Notes: generated by a model from the sequence alone, not told the origin. A DNA stretch of 63,797 nt, filler included, from Neolecta irregularis DAH-3 (GCA_001929475.1; 9 parts of 9 records of this genome joined end to end with filler, not necessarily neighbours in it); one strand, 5' to 3'; positions 11,601-26,039 are shown, numbered from the whole stretch's first letter. Translations and numbers: made by a program.

Positions 11601-14600
11601 TATCTTTAGCTGGAATATGTTTTGCCGAAGCTCTTTCTTTATTTTCTTACAATATAGCCAATTGATGTTGTGCATATAAATCGCTCTGGCCTCATTTCTC
11701 GCGTCATGGGAGATCATGGCCGTGGTGTTGTTCACCCAGGTACTAGGAATGGCAACATCCATAGTGTACCCAGTAAAGTCGACGAAAAGCTCGAATCCTT
11801 GTGTGCCACTAAAGCTATTGATAAGCTCAGATTAGTTTGTGATTAGGAAAGAATATGTACCTCAAAAAGATGTACATAGAGCATATCGAAATCGGCTTGT
11901 ACAGGATTAAATCTCCGCGGAATGTAGAGAATGACAGGTCGTTTTGCCTTAGATATACCCGCGACATATAGGCACTTCAATGACTTGACGATATCGAGAT
12001 TACAATTGGAACCGCGGGTTAAAATATTGACAGTGGGGTTACCGTGTCGAATAGGAGTAGGCCCAATACTGTCTATGGTGGTGTTTTTCGGTGGAGCCCC
12101 AAGTCCCGATAATAAATTTGATAGTTTTGAAAATGAGTTTCGTAGTTTCGATTGTAGTTCTCCATCAATCTTCGCCAAATCCATGTCATCTTGAATTTTT
12201 TGAAGCAACCGGGTCATATAAGATTTACGAATCCGTTCTTGATGTTCATAGAGATATTGATGGAAAACCGCTGAATCTCCTTGTATTAAGGTCCTTCTTA
12301 CGATCATTTTTTCCTCGGAATCAATTGGAAGCTGGGGCTTCAGCAATGAAAAGGACACATATCTTACCGCAATATCTCTCAAAAATTCGTTAATTTTAAA
12401 AATATTTTCTTGCAGAAAATCATTCAAAACTTCCATATAACTTTCCTTAGCGCCGAAAAGCATGTCATTGGCAAGGTTCTGAATCACCTTGGCGATAAGC
12501 ATCAGCCCTCTCCGATTTTCTTTTCCAATTGTCAGCTTTGTTAGCTCTTCGCTGTCAGGAGAGACTATTGCAGGACAAATAAATCTTAGAAATACAAATC
12601 CTGAGCTTAGCAACGGAAATATCTCGGTTTGATACCCCCAACTGCCTTTGTGGCACTTCGAGGATGTAATTCGCTTGCTTTCAGGTCTATATGGGCACAT
12701 ATATCTCGCAAGAGCACTGGGAAATCTTTCACAGAATCGCAGATCTGATCGATGACTCTTTGAGTAACTAGAATGAGTTGCATGACATTATCCGAGAGGT
12801 CCACATCTGGACCAGCCTTTTGAGGATCTAGTTCGATATTTAATTGCCCCGAGTGTTCCAAAAGATCGTGGATTATTGGCTGCAAAACAGTCTTGAGATA
12901 CTCAGATCCGTGAGCTTGAGCAAAAGCCGAAAGCATTTTTGTCGCCATAGAGTTCCTGCGGAGAATTCCAGTTTGCTCAATAGATTGTTCCAACTCATCA
13001 GTAATAATTTCCTTTAGCACTTCCAATGCTAAAAGACCTTCCGCCTCACAGTCAAAAATATTGAACAGGATTTCTGCATAGGAATCGACTTCGGAAGCAG
13101 GACAAGCGTCGACTACAGCTAGAGCGCAGGTTTTGTCACTCATAACGTACTATATACCTATTAGTTCAGTGAATCGGCAATAACGGACTTCTATGACACG
13201 AGCTAAACGATCGTCCTCATTCAGGACCGTAAGATCCTCAATGCGCGGACCGTATTCTTTGGAAAGTTGCAGTAATACACGAGTAAGTATTTGCATTGCT
13301 GCAATTCGAGTTCGAACATCATCCTGTTGACCTATACCGAGGACAAGCTCAAGACCTGACTCGAGATTCGCTGTAACGAGGTTTGATAGTGATTGGGTTG
13401 TGAGTTCACGGATCATGGCTACTTCTTTGCCTTCTTTATCCTGTTGGTCAGTGCAGGGTCATCAAATGTTTTCACTTCTGGACGGCTGCTACGCTTGAGA
13501 ATTTCAAGGATGAAAGTGAAAAGCATTTTGACCAATTTACGCCGGGACTCAACTGAATCTTCCTCATCGCAAGGCAAGAGCATTAACTGATAGAGAAGAG
13601 GTTCGGTTGCTTTCAGAGCCATTAAATCGAGCTCCTTCTGTACCCGGTCAACAGTTCGAGTTGAAAACTCCATCCAACTACATAGTATTGTCATCAAGAG
13701 GCTTTGAACCTTCCTGAATTCTTAGTTAAAAAGATTTCATTCGAACGAACCTCTCTTCCGCAAATGCCAAGATTTCTTTCTTCCGCGATATTGTTTCTAT
13801 TAGTCCACATGCTTTGATTTTAATGCTTGTCGAATCCTTCCCAAGATTACTCACATACTTACTAAGAAGCATGACAACAGCTCCAAGATCATAATTAATC
13901 GAGGTATGTAGAGGGTTCTCCATTCGTTCAACAACGGTACGCAATACTACAATAATTTGATCCACAAGAAGAGTATTGGCGGCATTAACGTTTGCTGAAC
14001 CACCATTGAACAACTGTCTAACAAGCCGTTCCATTTCTTGAAAAATAAGACCAAATACACGGATACCGAACTCAGAACCGAACGTCTCTCGTATTGTTTC
14101 ACGGATTGCAACATCTTCATGAGTGAGAAGGCAAGCGGCTTGTTCAATAAATTGATTGAGAAGATCATCATCAGCACCGGCCTGATGGAGCTTCGGCGAA
14201 ATGAAATCCGTTATCCTGCTTCCACCTAGTGCAGCCAGGAAGCCAGTAAGATTGCTCCACTCAGCAAACGTTGACTACTGTTAATATATATTCCGCATGA
14301 GACTACTTGATCCTGCGTAGGAGCTCGGCCAGACAGCGAATTGCTCTTACGATGACTCTTCAGATAGATTGTTAACGAGTTCCACCGTCTATAGGCTCCT
14401 TCCCAAGCGGCTAAATTTGCGGCAGATGGACGTGTGAGCAACCTTAGACGTGCTCTGATTTGTTTTTGGACAGCTACACGACCTAAACTATCAAGGTAAA
14501 TGTTGAGGCATAATTATACCCATGACAACAAAGCTCTCTGAAGCCAGCTCTGCAAATACTGGATAGTCTGACATAGCTGTATTGCGAAGCGCTTCAATAA

Positions 14601-15383
14601 CAGCGGAATTCTCCACTGTTCTCACACATGTACAAATAGATCCGAAAATCTTCACAGCGCGTGAGCATGTTTCGGGATTTGGAGAATAAAGGAGCATCAA
14701 CAAGGCTACTTGAACGCCTGTAGTCTCGCCTGTACGTTCAGGGAGCTCCACTCCAGATGCAGCTAAATTCTTTCAATTAGAAATATCTCTGAAGAGTATC
14801 TCACCCCATTGCTTTGCAGTAAGACATTACGATCATTTAAATACTTTTCCATAGCAGTTAATGTACTCATTAGCTGGTCGACATCCCGGATATTCAAAAT
14901 GATCCTTGCAAAAGAAATCGTAATGCGAGTACTACAAGTTGGTCAAAGCTCCGATCCTTCCTGGAATATTTACGTAAACTTCCAGAATGCGACCATTGAG
15001 CTTTCTTGATTTGGAATTGCCCTGAATCCATTTGCATTTGTTGGATTAACGACCTTTAGGATCAATTCAACAGCTATTGGAGGTAAGTCCTGTCATTTGA
15101 TGCAACAGACCTCGCTCCCTTACCGTCTTCTGAATGCTCTCAAGGCACGAGGAGAGACTGTCTGTAAACAGTTGAGCATCTTCTTCCTCCTTGACGTTAA
15201 GAAATTATGGGCGTTGGGGGATGTCTCAGTTACCTCGAGTACAGATACAACGTTTGATCTATGTCGTTGTAGAATGTCCCTGATATTGTCTATCTTCCTG
15301 TTGTTGTCTCCAGATTGGGCTGAAGGGGACCGAATGCTTCCTTCAGAGCTTGCATATTCGCCATCAGCACGCACACGATCCAT
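8641..15383 (-). CDS. NF1: Neurofibromin/IRA-type Ras GTPase-activating protein (start uncertain)
   Basis: RasGAP motifs LRRNSMATKML, GFVFLRFICPAIVSP, LIAKVIQNLAN..FGAKESYM; NF1-like EWSNLTGFLAALGG; Sec14-like GISKAKRPVILYI..FELFVDFT; NSVIQPRAFVVMG; about 19 short introns. Confidence 0.88.
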
Positions 15384-15808
15384 TGACGCAATAAGATATG
15401 CTAACGCAAAAGGATTGAAAAAGAGGAAGTGGTGATATTTAGATGCACCCTGACAACCATGTCCAGACTAATAATATTCCAGCATTCAGGGGGCTGGCCG
15501 ATTGGTTCGTTCGAAGCATCCATTAGCAATGGCTGCCCTCATTATCCATATTAATACATAAAAGTCCGCTCTTCGTGATGTGGCACGAACAATGAATGAT
15601 ATATTTCTGTTTAGAAAGAATACCGATTATTTTGTTGTTGGTGACGTCGATGCTGACGAATACCCAAATTTAGGGCGTTGGCTGGTTCATAGCCCATAAA
15701 GCCAACCTCCAACCAAGTAAGGGTCAAGATCTCCGTCTCCACCTACTCCTCTTTAGTACCTTTGTTCTTGCCGCCTTCTTAGTATTCTTCGACCGCGCAA
15801 AAGTTAAC

Positions 15809-17253
<1,445 letters not shown>

Positions 17254-17488
17254 GAGATCTCGTAGTAGTAGTAGTCGTAGTCAAATATTGGCAAATTGGT
17301 TTCCCGTTATTTTCTTGTCCCTCACTCGATGCACCTGGACAACTATTTGGTGTGCACGTGAGTATAAACTTTGAGAAAATTCCGTTGCCCCAGCTCTGAA
17401 ATCGCCTCAGCTGATTTTTCATCCCCCGATATACAGTTTCAACAGTGTAATTCTTCTGAACTCTGACCAATACTGTCAAATCTCAGAG

Positions 17489-18206
17489 ATGCTCAGAACA
17501 GCATCCCTTGATCGCAAGACCAACGAAACTCATGTCAAAGTGTATTTGTCATTGGATGGGGGTCCTTTGCCGACAGAAATCGTTTCAGACATCCAGTCTC
17601 ACCATTCAACAGAGTTTGATGTTTCCCAAAATATCCACATTGATACTGGAATTGGCTTTTTAGACCACGTATAGACGGGTTATTACCATTTAATAGCCCT
17701 AGATGTTATACGCCCTTTCGAAACATGTAGGATGGTCCTTATCTTTATTATGTGTCGGCGATCTCTATATAGACGACCATCACACTGCTGAGGATTGCGC
17801 GCTTGCTCTTGGAAGTGCTTTCAAATCTGCATTGGGAGAGCTGAGAGGTCTTCGGAGGTTTGGGTCAGGTTATGCTCCGTTAGATGAAGCGCTCTCGATG
17901 TCAGTGGTAGATTTGTCGAACAGACCATATGCTGTAATCGATTTGGGGTTGAAAAGAGAAAAGATTGGTGGTTTGAGCACAGAAATGATACCTCATTTTC
18001 TTCAGAGTTTTGCGCAGAATGCAGGAATTACTTTACATGTCAATTGCTTTCGTGGAGATAACGATCATCATCGGTGCATCTCATACTTACTGATTTATTA
18101 ATGCATTAGTGCGGAGAGCGCTTTCAAATCCCTCGCCTTGGCTCTCAAAATGGCTTGCGAGCGGACAGGAAGCAACGAAATTCCTAGCACAAAAGGCGTT
18201 CTATAG
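17489..18206 (+). CDS. HIS3: Imidazoleglycerol-phosphate dehydratase
   Basis: [58 protein letters not shown]; 2 introns. Confidence 0.96.
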
Positions 18207-18563
18207 CAGTTATAGAAAAGTGACCCTCTTCAGGTCAAGATACTGCTTTTTGGCAAGGCTTAGTGTATTGGTTTGCTCTGCCTAATACTTCGAATTATCG
18301 ATTGCATATTGTAGTTGTTTTATATTTATATATCTCGTTTCGAAGGATTTTTAAAAATTGAAGGATTTAACTAGCATATACTGAATGACTTCAAATAATA
18401 CCATGCAAAACAGTCATTATCTGAACCGTCATTTATACGTACTGGATATTTTCATGTATCTCTTGTACTCCAGCGCGAATGAAATTGCTCCATGATTTCA
18501 TTAAAGTGGCGGCGGTTCTTTGGACGTTGAGTCCTTATCACCGACCTCCGAGGAAAATCGAGG

Positions 18564-21371
18564 ATGTTGTACGCTTCATCGATTGCCCTGACAAGTCTTG
18601 ATACTCTTTCAGGTTTCATATAGATGATCTTCCGGTTCATTTTCCGTATCCAAGAATATATCCCGGTGCAACGTTTCATTTAGCTGATTCATTGTACTGA
18701 TAATTCAGAGCAATATTCGTATATGAATGATCTTAAACGAACACTGGACGCCGGGGCATATTATAATTTCCAAAAAGTTGAAGGCTAATTCAAAGGGTCA
18801 CTGCGTGCTTGAAATGCCCTCTGGAACAGGGAAAACAGTCTCTTTACTTTCACTAATCGTCGCCTACCAAATGGTATTTATTACCAATATCAAATCTTCC
18901 TAGCCTTTTAGCATTATCCAGAACATCGGAAACTCGTATACTGCTCACGAACCATGTCTGAAATCGAGAAAGCATTGGTTGAACTGAAGAATCTCATGGC
19001 ATTTCGGGCTAGGGAACTGAGGAAAGTTGAGGATTTTCGAGGGTTGGGACTTACGAGCCGCAAAAATTTGTGTCTGCATCCCTCGATCAAGAATGAGAAG
19101 AAAGGAACTGTCGTTGATGCGCGATGCCGGAGTTTAACAGCTAGATTCGTGAAGGATAAAAAACGAGCAGGAGAGGATGTCGAGTTATGCGACTTCCATG
19201 AGGTTTCTATATTGTCATGGCTTTTGTTAATGTTGAAGAACTTGGAAAATCTAGAGTCGCACGATTTGATACCATATGGAGTCTATACCTTTGATGGATT
19301 GTTGAAATATGGCGTGGAAAATAAGCAATGCCCCTACTTCACGGCGAGACGAATGGTAGAGTTCTTTTTGTGCAATGATCTAACCCATCAGATGCCTTAC
19401 TGCAATGTTATCATCTATTCATATCATTATCTACTTGATCCAAAGATTGCCGAAAGAGTCTCGAAAGAACTTTCAAAAGATTGTATCGTAGTTTTCGACG
19501 AGGCCCACAATATAGGTTCCCATGTTCCAACTGTCTGTGCTAAACCACAGACAACGTCTGTATCGAATCACTGAGCATTGACCTGACTGATGATTCACTG
19601 AGGCGTGCTGGTAGAGGCGTTAGCAGTCTTTGCAAAAGGATTGACGAGTATATCATTTCACATTTTATTTCTGATGTCAGAATGAAACAAAATGATGCGG
19701 TAAAATTGCAAAATGAATACCAAAAGCTTGTAGATGGATTGCGAGCTGCCGACGAAGCTCGAGAGGAGGATTCTTTCATGGCTAATCCTGGTATGTTTGC
19801 CGTTAGATTTGGTCTCAATTTTAGCTCTACCAGACGATTTGTTGAAGGAAGCTGTACCCGGTAGTATACGAAGAGCCGAGCACTTTGTGGCTTTCCTGAA
19901 CAGATTTGTCGAATACTTGAAGGTTTAATACCTGCTTGCACACTGCTTAGAGAAAGACGAGAATGAAGGTGCGTCATGTTATCGCCGAAACTCCAGCTTC
20001 ATTTCTTCAACACTTGAAAGATCTTTGCTTTATAGAAAAGAAACCATTACGGTACTGGATTTTATTTAAAGATGTTTTGATTTTCATAGGTTTTGTGCTG
20101 AACGTCTTACTTCGCTTGTTCGGACGCTTGAGCTTTCACAAATCGAAGATTATCAAGCACTACAGGAAGTAGCAACATTTGCAACCCTTGTAGCGACTTA
20201 TGATAAAGGCTTTTTATTGATCCTTGAACCTTACGAATCCGAAAATGCGACTGTTCCGAATCCAGTTTTTCATTTAACCTGCCTCGATGCATCTATTGCA
20301 ATTAAACCTGTCTTTGAGAGGTTTAGTAGTGTGGTAATCACGTCTGGCACGTTGTCTCCGCTCGATATGTATCCCAAAATGCTACAATTTAATACTGTCA
20401 TTCAGGAATCTTACAGTATGACTCTTGCTAGAAACTGTTTTCTGCCAATGGTCATTACTCGAGGATCTGATCAGGTGGCTGTTAGTTCGAAATTTGAGGT
20501 AAGAAATGATCCCAGCGTTGTGAGGAATTACGGAAATATCTTGATCGAGTTTTCAAAAATCACTCCTGATGGGCTGGTTGCCTTCTTTCCCTCGTATCTC
20601 TATATGGAGAGCATAGTTAGTATGTGGCAAACCATGGTAGACCCTCTTATAGTCCAGCTAATCGAAGGGAATTTTGGATGAAGTTTGGAAGTACAAGTTG
20701 ATTCTTGTCGAGACTCCGGACAGTCAAGAAACGACCTTGGCACTTGAGACATATCGACAAGCATGTAATAATGGGCGAGGTGCCGTTCTTCTTTCAGTTG
20801 CTCGTGGAAAAGTTTCTGAGGGTGTTGATTTCGATCATCAGTACGGTAGGACAGTACTAATGTTTGGAATTCCTTATCAATACACGGAATCTCGGATCCT
20901 AAAGGTAAATTTCTAGCTTTTTTAAAACTTACTTGCTTGGCTCGTCTTGAATTTCTCCGAGATAATTACCGTATAAGAGAAAATGATTTCCTTACCTTTG
21001 ATGCGATGCGTCACGCGGCTCAGTGTTTAGGGCGAGTACTTCGAGGCAAGGACGACTACGGGATCATGGTACTGGCCGATAAGCGGTTCGGGCGCAACGA
21101 TAAGCGCAGCAAACTGCCGAAATGGATACAGGCATATCTGACTGAAGGTTCAACGAATTTGAGTACAGATATGGCATTGGCCATGGCAAAAAAGTTCTTG
21201 AGAGCAATGGCGCAACCATTTGGCGCCAAAGATCAGGAAGGAATCAGTCATTTGAGTGTGAAACAATTGCAAGACCGACAGCGAAACCAATCGACTGTGC
21301 ATGGCGAGCTAGACGATTTGGAAGACATTGACGTGGGTGATTTTGATGATTATGAGACGCAGATAGCATAG
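18564..21371 (+). CDS. RAD3: TFIIH helicase XPD/Rad3/Rad15
   Basis: [14 protein letters not shown] (Walker A), [62 protein letters not shown]; 13 introns including one GC-AG and one apparent GT-TG. Confidence 0.97.
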
Positions 21372-21424
21372 ATAGAAAGAATTAAATTATTTGAGAAAGA
21401 TAATTGGAATACAGTTTGGTTTAG

Positions 21425-21630
21425 TTTTGTACAGTTTAATTTCAACCAGTTTTGAACAGTTTAATTTCAACCAGTTTGTACAGTTTAATTTCAACCAGTT
21501 TTGAATAGTTTAATTTCAACCAGTTTTGTAAAGGTTTGTTACGTTTTGTTTTGTCAACCGGTTTGTCAACCGGTTTTGTCAACACCTTTTTTGTCAACAA
21601 TTTGTCCACCATTTTTGTCAACAATTTGTC
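21425..21630. repeat. Tandem repeat of a ~24-25-nt unit (about 4 copies) followed by TTTGTCAAC-type short repeats
   Basis: CAGTTTAATTTCAACCAGTTT(T)G(A/T)A recurs 21432-21530; TTTGTCAAC/TTTGTCCAC recurs 21550-21630. Confidence 0.85.
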
Positions 21631-21939
21631 GGTCGTCATTGTCATATGTATTCTTTAACTACAATAGCCAAGCTTCCAAGAGATATCCATGATAATGCCA
21701 AAATTACACAAAAGTACGTCAAACATATCTATGGAAACCCAAAATCAGTGTATCCGCAAAAGGGGAACAGAAAGTCGTAACATTGAGCAGATGAGATAAT
21801 CATCTGTAGTACTCGGATAAAATAAGGTGATTATATGAACCTCGGAACAAACCGTGTAAAGGTTGATCGATACGATTTTAGTGCAAAGAGTAAACGCGAT
21901 ACTCTTCTAATTCTTTAAATTTTTTTAAATTTTCAGGGG

Positions 21940-23321
21940 TTAAATCATGGCGTAAGGATGAGATTGACCAGGTTTTGTAGCGGCGATGCGTCGAAGGTCG
22001 AGTTTTCCATTATGACTTATTGTGGAAAGATGGGATTCATCGACGGCCCAATAACCGCCCTTTTTATAGCCTGCTGAAGGGCGTTTTGTAGACCGCGGGG
22101 TCATGCGGCCGTCGCTGGATACGTAGTAATCGGTATCCTCCTCCGAGTCTGTATCGTCGTCTTTGTTACGGGGTATCTTGACAAAGCACGAGTTTATCGA
22201 TAGCGAGTGACGAACGGTGTTCTAATGAAAATTACAATGAAGAGGGGGTACGAGTACCTGCCAGCCTTTACCTCCTACTTCACCGGGGCGTTCGTCAGAG
22301 AACATATCGGGAAACCGAGCTTCAAGGTGGTGGTATATCTGTCGAAGGGTCATCTTTCTTCGGGGAGATTGAAGAATCTCATGGGCAATCATTGTAGCGT
22401 AATTACCGTATGAGGGGGGACATCTTCTTCGCCGTCTTCGGCCTACTGTTTGGTTAGCTTGTTGAGCTCGCATTTCGGCAGCCGCAGCTTGAGCGGCAGC
22501 GCTGGGGGGACCGACAGCGGTATATCTTGCACGAATTTCGTGATCCACGATGAGGCCCGGGTAATTTGAAGAGGGCGACAGGGACGAGATGTTGTATGCG
22601 TTGAATGGACTATTACGCAGATCTGACCAATTTCTACGATAGGTGGTTTGCGAGTAGTTTGCAGAGGGCTGGTAGTAGTTTGGGATGGTCTGGTCGCAGG
22701 GATCCATATAGCTGGGCGGGGATTGCAGGNNNNNNNNNNTCGCAGATCTGACCAATTTCTACGAAAGGTGGTTTGCGAGTAGTTTGCCGAGGGCTGGTAG
22801 TAGTTTGGGATGGTCTGGTCGCAGGGATCCATATAGCTGGGCGGGGATTGCAGGCAGTACTGCTGGTCGGACGAATTAGGTACAGATGTATCACTGTAGT
22901 ACGTGGGTAAATATGTGATTGTATCGGATGACATATCCGTAAACATTCGCTGTTGGATTTGTTGGGCCTGCGACTGAGTTTGCTGGGACACGAGTGTTGG
23001 AAAGGCGTGAGTCTGCGACCAGAGCTGGCTTGCAAGCGCGGTCTGCTGTTCCTCGCGCTGCTGGCGGATGTAATCGAACACGGTAGGCTGCGAGGGTTGG
23101 GCAAAGGTTGCGGCGAGCGAGTCTGAGGGGGGCACAGGTTTGTGGGGCTTTTTGATTGGCGATTTGCGAGATCTGGATTCGAGCAGGGCACACTCGGCAT
23201 TGGCATCCATTGTTGGCAGATCGAGGGTGCGCAGAGAGGGGAGGTGGCCGAAGGGGTTGTGCTCGTACTTTGTTTTCGGGGAGAAGCTTGAGGAGGGCGC
23301 GGGGGAGAGGGGCCGCCACAT
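21940..23321 (-). CDS. Forkhead-domain transcription factor
   Basis: PPSYGNYATMIAHEILQSPRRKMTLRQIYHHL..FP...GWQ|NTVRHSLSINSCFVKIPR...KGGYWAVD; one intron between WQ and NTVRH; Q/S/P-rich N-terminus crossed by a 10-N gap. Confidence 0.9.
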
Positions 23322-23463
23322 GTCGGGGAGGAGGAGGAGGAGGAGCAGGAGGTGGAGGACGAGCAGGAGCAGGAGCAGGAGCAGGAGGACGAGCAGAAGC
23401 AGGAGCAGGAGCAGGCCGGTGCAGGAGCAGGGAAGAGCTTCTTGGATGTGTATTTGGTCTTCT

Positions 23464-23563
23464 NNNNNNNNNNNNNNNNNNNNNNNNNNNNNNNNNNNNN
23501 NNNNNNNTTAATTAATTAANNNNNNNNNNNNNNNNNNNNNNNNNNNNNNNNNNNNNNNNNNNN
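23464..23563. other. Artificial contig linker (N run + TTAATTAATTAA + N run); also at 26040-26139, 28497-28596, 37252-37351, 54063-54162, 58050-58149, 60250-60349, 61691-61790
   Basis: Same 100-nt spacer with stops in all six frames, eight times. Confidence 0.98.
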
Positions 23564-24394
23564 ATATTTTGTGAACAGAATGGCTGAAAGGCATCTTGAT
23601 GGTCCTAAGAAACGAAGCAATTTATTTTACTTTGATACAAAAGGGGAGATCGATAAAATAACTGAGAATTTGTGGAATACCAGTGGAGCTAAGTTGAGCT
23701 GAATATTTTAATTTAGTATCAGCTTACCTTCAGGAGATTGGAAAGTTGGCTAAAGGTGTTTCACAGATTTTGAGATTGTAGTATAATAAGAATGACTCCC
23801 ACGTGCCATAAATAATTGCTAAACTTCGTCTGAAACATCTCTAATCTAAGTTCTCGGCGGATCTCTCCCTCGCTCGACCTCCACCATTTCTATCTTCACC
23901 AATTCATCTTCTTTAATTCGATATCCTACCTTCCTTGATCCAGTTCTTCCTCCTACTTCGGCCCTGTCTGCAGGAGACTATCTTTGTAACTGGGTGTATG
24001 GAGCGTTCTGACGAGTCACCACGTGTAATTGGGGCTTAGCATGGGTTTCCCTTAAGATGGAATGTAGGTAAGGTCTAGCGCGTCTATATATACATACGCG
24101 GATATCAATCAATACCTCCCGTCTACCGCGTTTCCTGAAACTTGTAAACAATAAGCTCCCCTTCATAGATGGTATGATTTCGGGACTAGTCATTGATGCT
24201 GAGGTTTGTAATTTTAAAAATATGGTCGAATCAAATGTGATCTCCCTCCTCTCGCTCTGTTCAACCTTTAACTCGCGGATGCTAATCCTCACTCTTGAAT
24301 CAACGCATTACACTGAAAATTTGAGAACATTTGATTCGCTTTTTAGTTAGAAATCCTCTTTGGTAAATCGTAATGCGGGATTGGTTGATATAAT

Positions 24395-24815
24395 CAGTGT
24401 GTCCACTCGCCCGCCCGCAGCCGTCGGAGACCCTCCGGCGGGCGGGACAATTTATATAGGTGCAATCCCGAATTCACTAAATAACCAAAATTGCTGATAT
24501 AAAATGATTTCTATCAGGCCATTTCTTTAGTGGGTGAAAGTATGTGCAACTTGCTCCCAAAGTGCACGAGTCACCGGGATCACGCTGTCAGGTGATCCGT
24601 CACAAATCGTGCGAGCAGAACTTGGAGCAAAAGGCAATCAATCCACAGTTATACAACTGAATAACGGATTCAAAAACCGCCCAATAGCCTGTCAGAGCGC
24701 TCTCCAGGTGGGTGGTTTAGATCTCTTGGGGAAGACGGGCAGCTTAGAAATCTGTCCGCCCAGCGGCCGGCGGGCTATTTAAACTTCTCCGGCGGGCGGG
24801 CGGTTGGACACACTG
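24395..24815. mobile_element. Non-autonomous hAT-type MITE, 421 bp
   Basis: TIRs CAGTGTGTCCACTCGCCCGCCC and (reverse complement) CAGTGTGTCCAACCGCCCGCCC; flanks GATATAAT / GATATAAG (7 of 8 match, 8-bp TSD); interior homologous to 54200-54630 and 62600-62665. Confidence 0.88.
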
Positions 24816-24933
24816 GATATAAGCACTCTCAGTAAACAATAATTGTATTACCCACTATACAGCTACCAAACATCTTTGGAAACAAAATAAACTGAACCCG
24901 GATTCCCTCATCGCAACGATCAACACCTGGAGT

Positions 24934-26039
24934 TTACGAATATTTCAATTTCTCTCTCAGCATGCGATATTTACTCAAAAACCCGTCTTCATCGAAATAA
25001 GCCCCCTTCAACCAGCGTTCTCCATTCCCGCTAAACTCCCGTCTGGCATGTAACACTCGTCTATTGTTAAAGATAACGCAGTCTCCTTCTTTCAGTTGAA
25101 GTTCAAACTGTTCTTCTTTTCGATCGGTATACGCGCAAAATTTGTTTAAAGCAGACATAAATACTTGAAATTCGGGAGTTTGTGATGGCATATCGAACGG
25201 TGCTTGAAACGGGGGGCTATAGTTGATATGTTGAACTTGCTTTGATGTTAGGGATAGTTGGATCGTTGGATGGGTATGGTAGTAATGCTGGCCATCGTTT
25301 CGATAATGGTACGATACGTGGTTTGTACATAGCGAATCATATAGACCTGGCGATGTAATCTTTATATCCTGGGCTGTTTTAAACGCATCGACAAAATATG
25401 ATGATCCGCCTTGAGCTTTATTCCGCAAACAATGCAATATTTGATATGTTGGCGGAGAAGAAAAGTAGAGCAAATCCATATGTAAACCGAGATTCAAATT
25501 TGTATATCTGGATCATCAGGCAGAAAAAGGAAGGATAAATTATACGCGATATTTTTACTTTGAGCAATTGCTCGTACGTTCCATGTTTTTCCGTAAAAAG
25601 TATCCCGCACTCGATCAATTCTATTTGCAAGATCTTCGACTGCGGTCTCCGAATCAGGCATTCCCCTCAAGAAAACCAATCCGTAATCTTTCAACTGACA
25701 CAAAATTTTATACAGTGCTTTGTCGGATATCATGTAGTCTTGGTAATCCGTCCAATTGAATCCTTGCTTTGAAAATATTTGGCCGTCCCAAAGTACAGGC
25801 TCCCGATCCATAAATCGCACCTTTTTTTGGCCTTCTTCCGAGTTGTAGTCGAGCAAAAAGTGAAGCGGATAGCACGATAGATGATTGTCGGTCCATAGCA
25901 CTTCCAGACCACCTGGCGGCGTCACGGTTATTGATTTGGGAGATATATTTGGATCTAATTCTCCGGTCGCAAAGAGTTTTTGATCATTTGATGGGTGTAC
26001 ACATTTGTTGCAGCAACAAGAATCGCGCAGAAAAAGATT
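24934..26039 (-). CDS. Gamma-butyrobetaine/trimethyllysine dioxygenase-like TauD-family protein, 5'-partial
   Basis: FLRDSCCCNKCVHPS N-terminal motif, YGLVFLRG, TFYGKTWNV, NIAYTNLNLGLHMDLLYF (HxD), FNNRRVLHARREF, ERWLKGAY; one intron. Confidence 0.9.

Noticed and set aside
22616-22854. 114-nt duplication in the forkhead gene (2 substitutions) around a 10-N gap
   Set aside because: Typical unmerged overlap of contig ends or alleles; cannot be claimed as a real protein repeat.
23464-23563. Palindromic TTAATTAATTAA flanked by N runs, eight times
   Set aside because: Artificial six-frame-stop contig linker; adjacency across it has no biological meaning.
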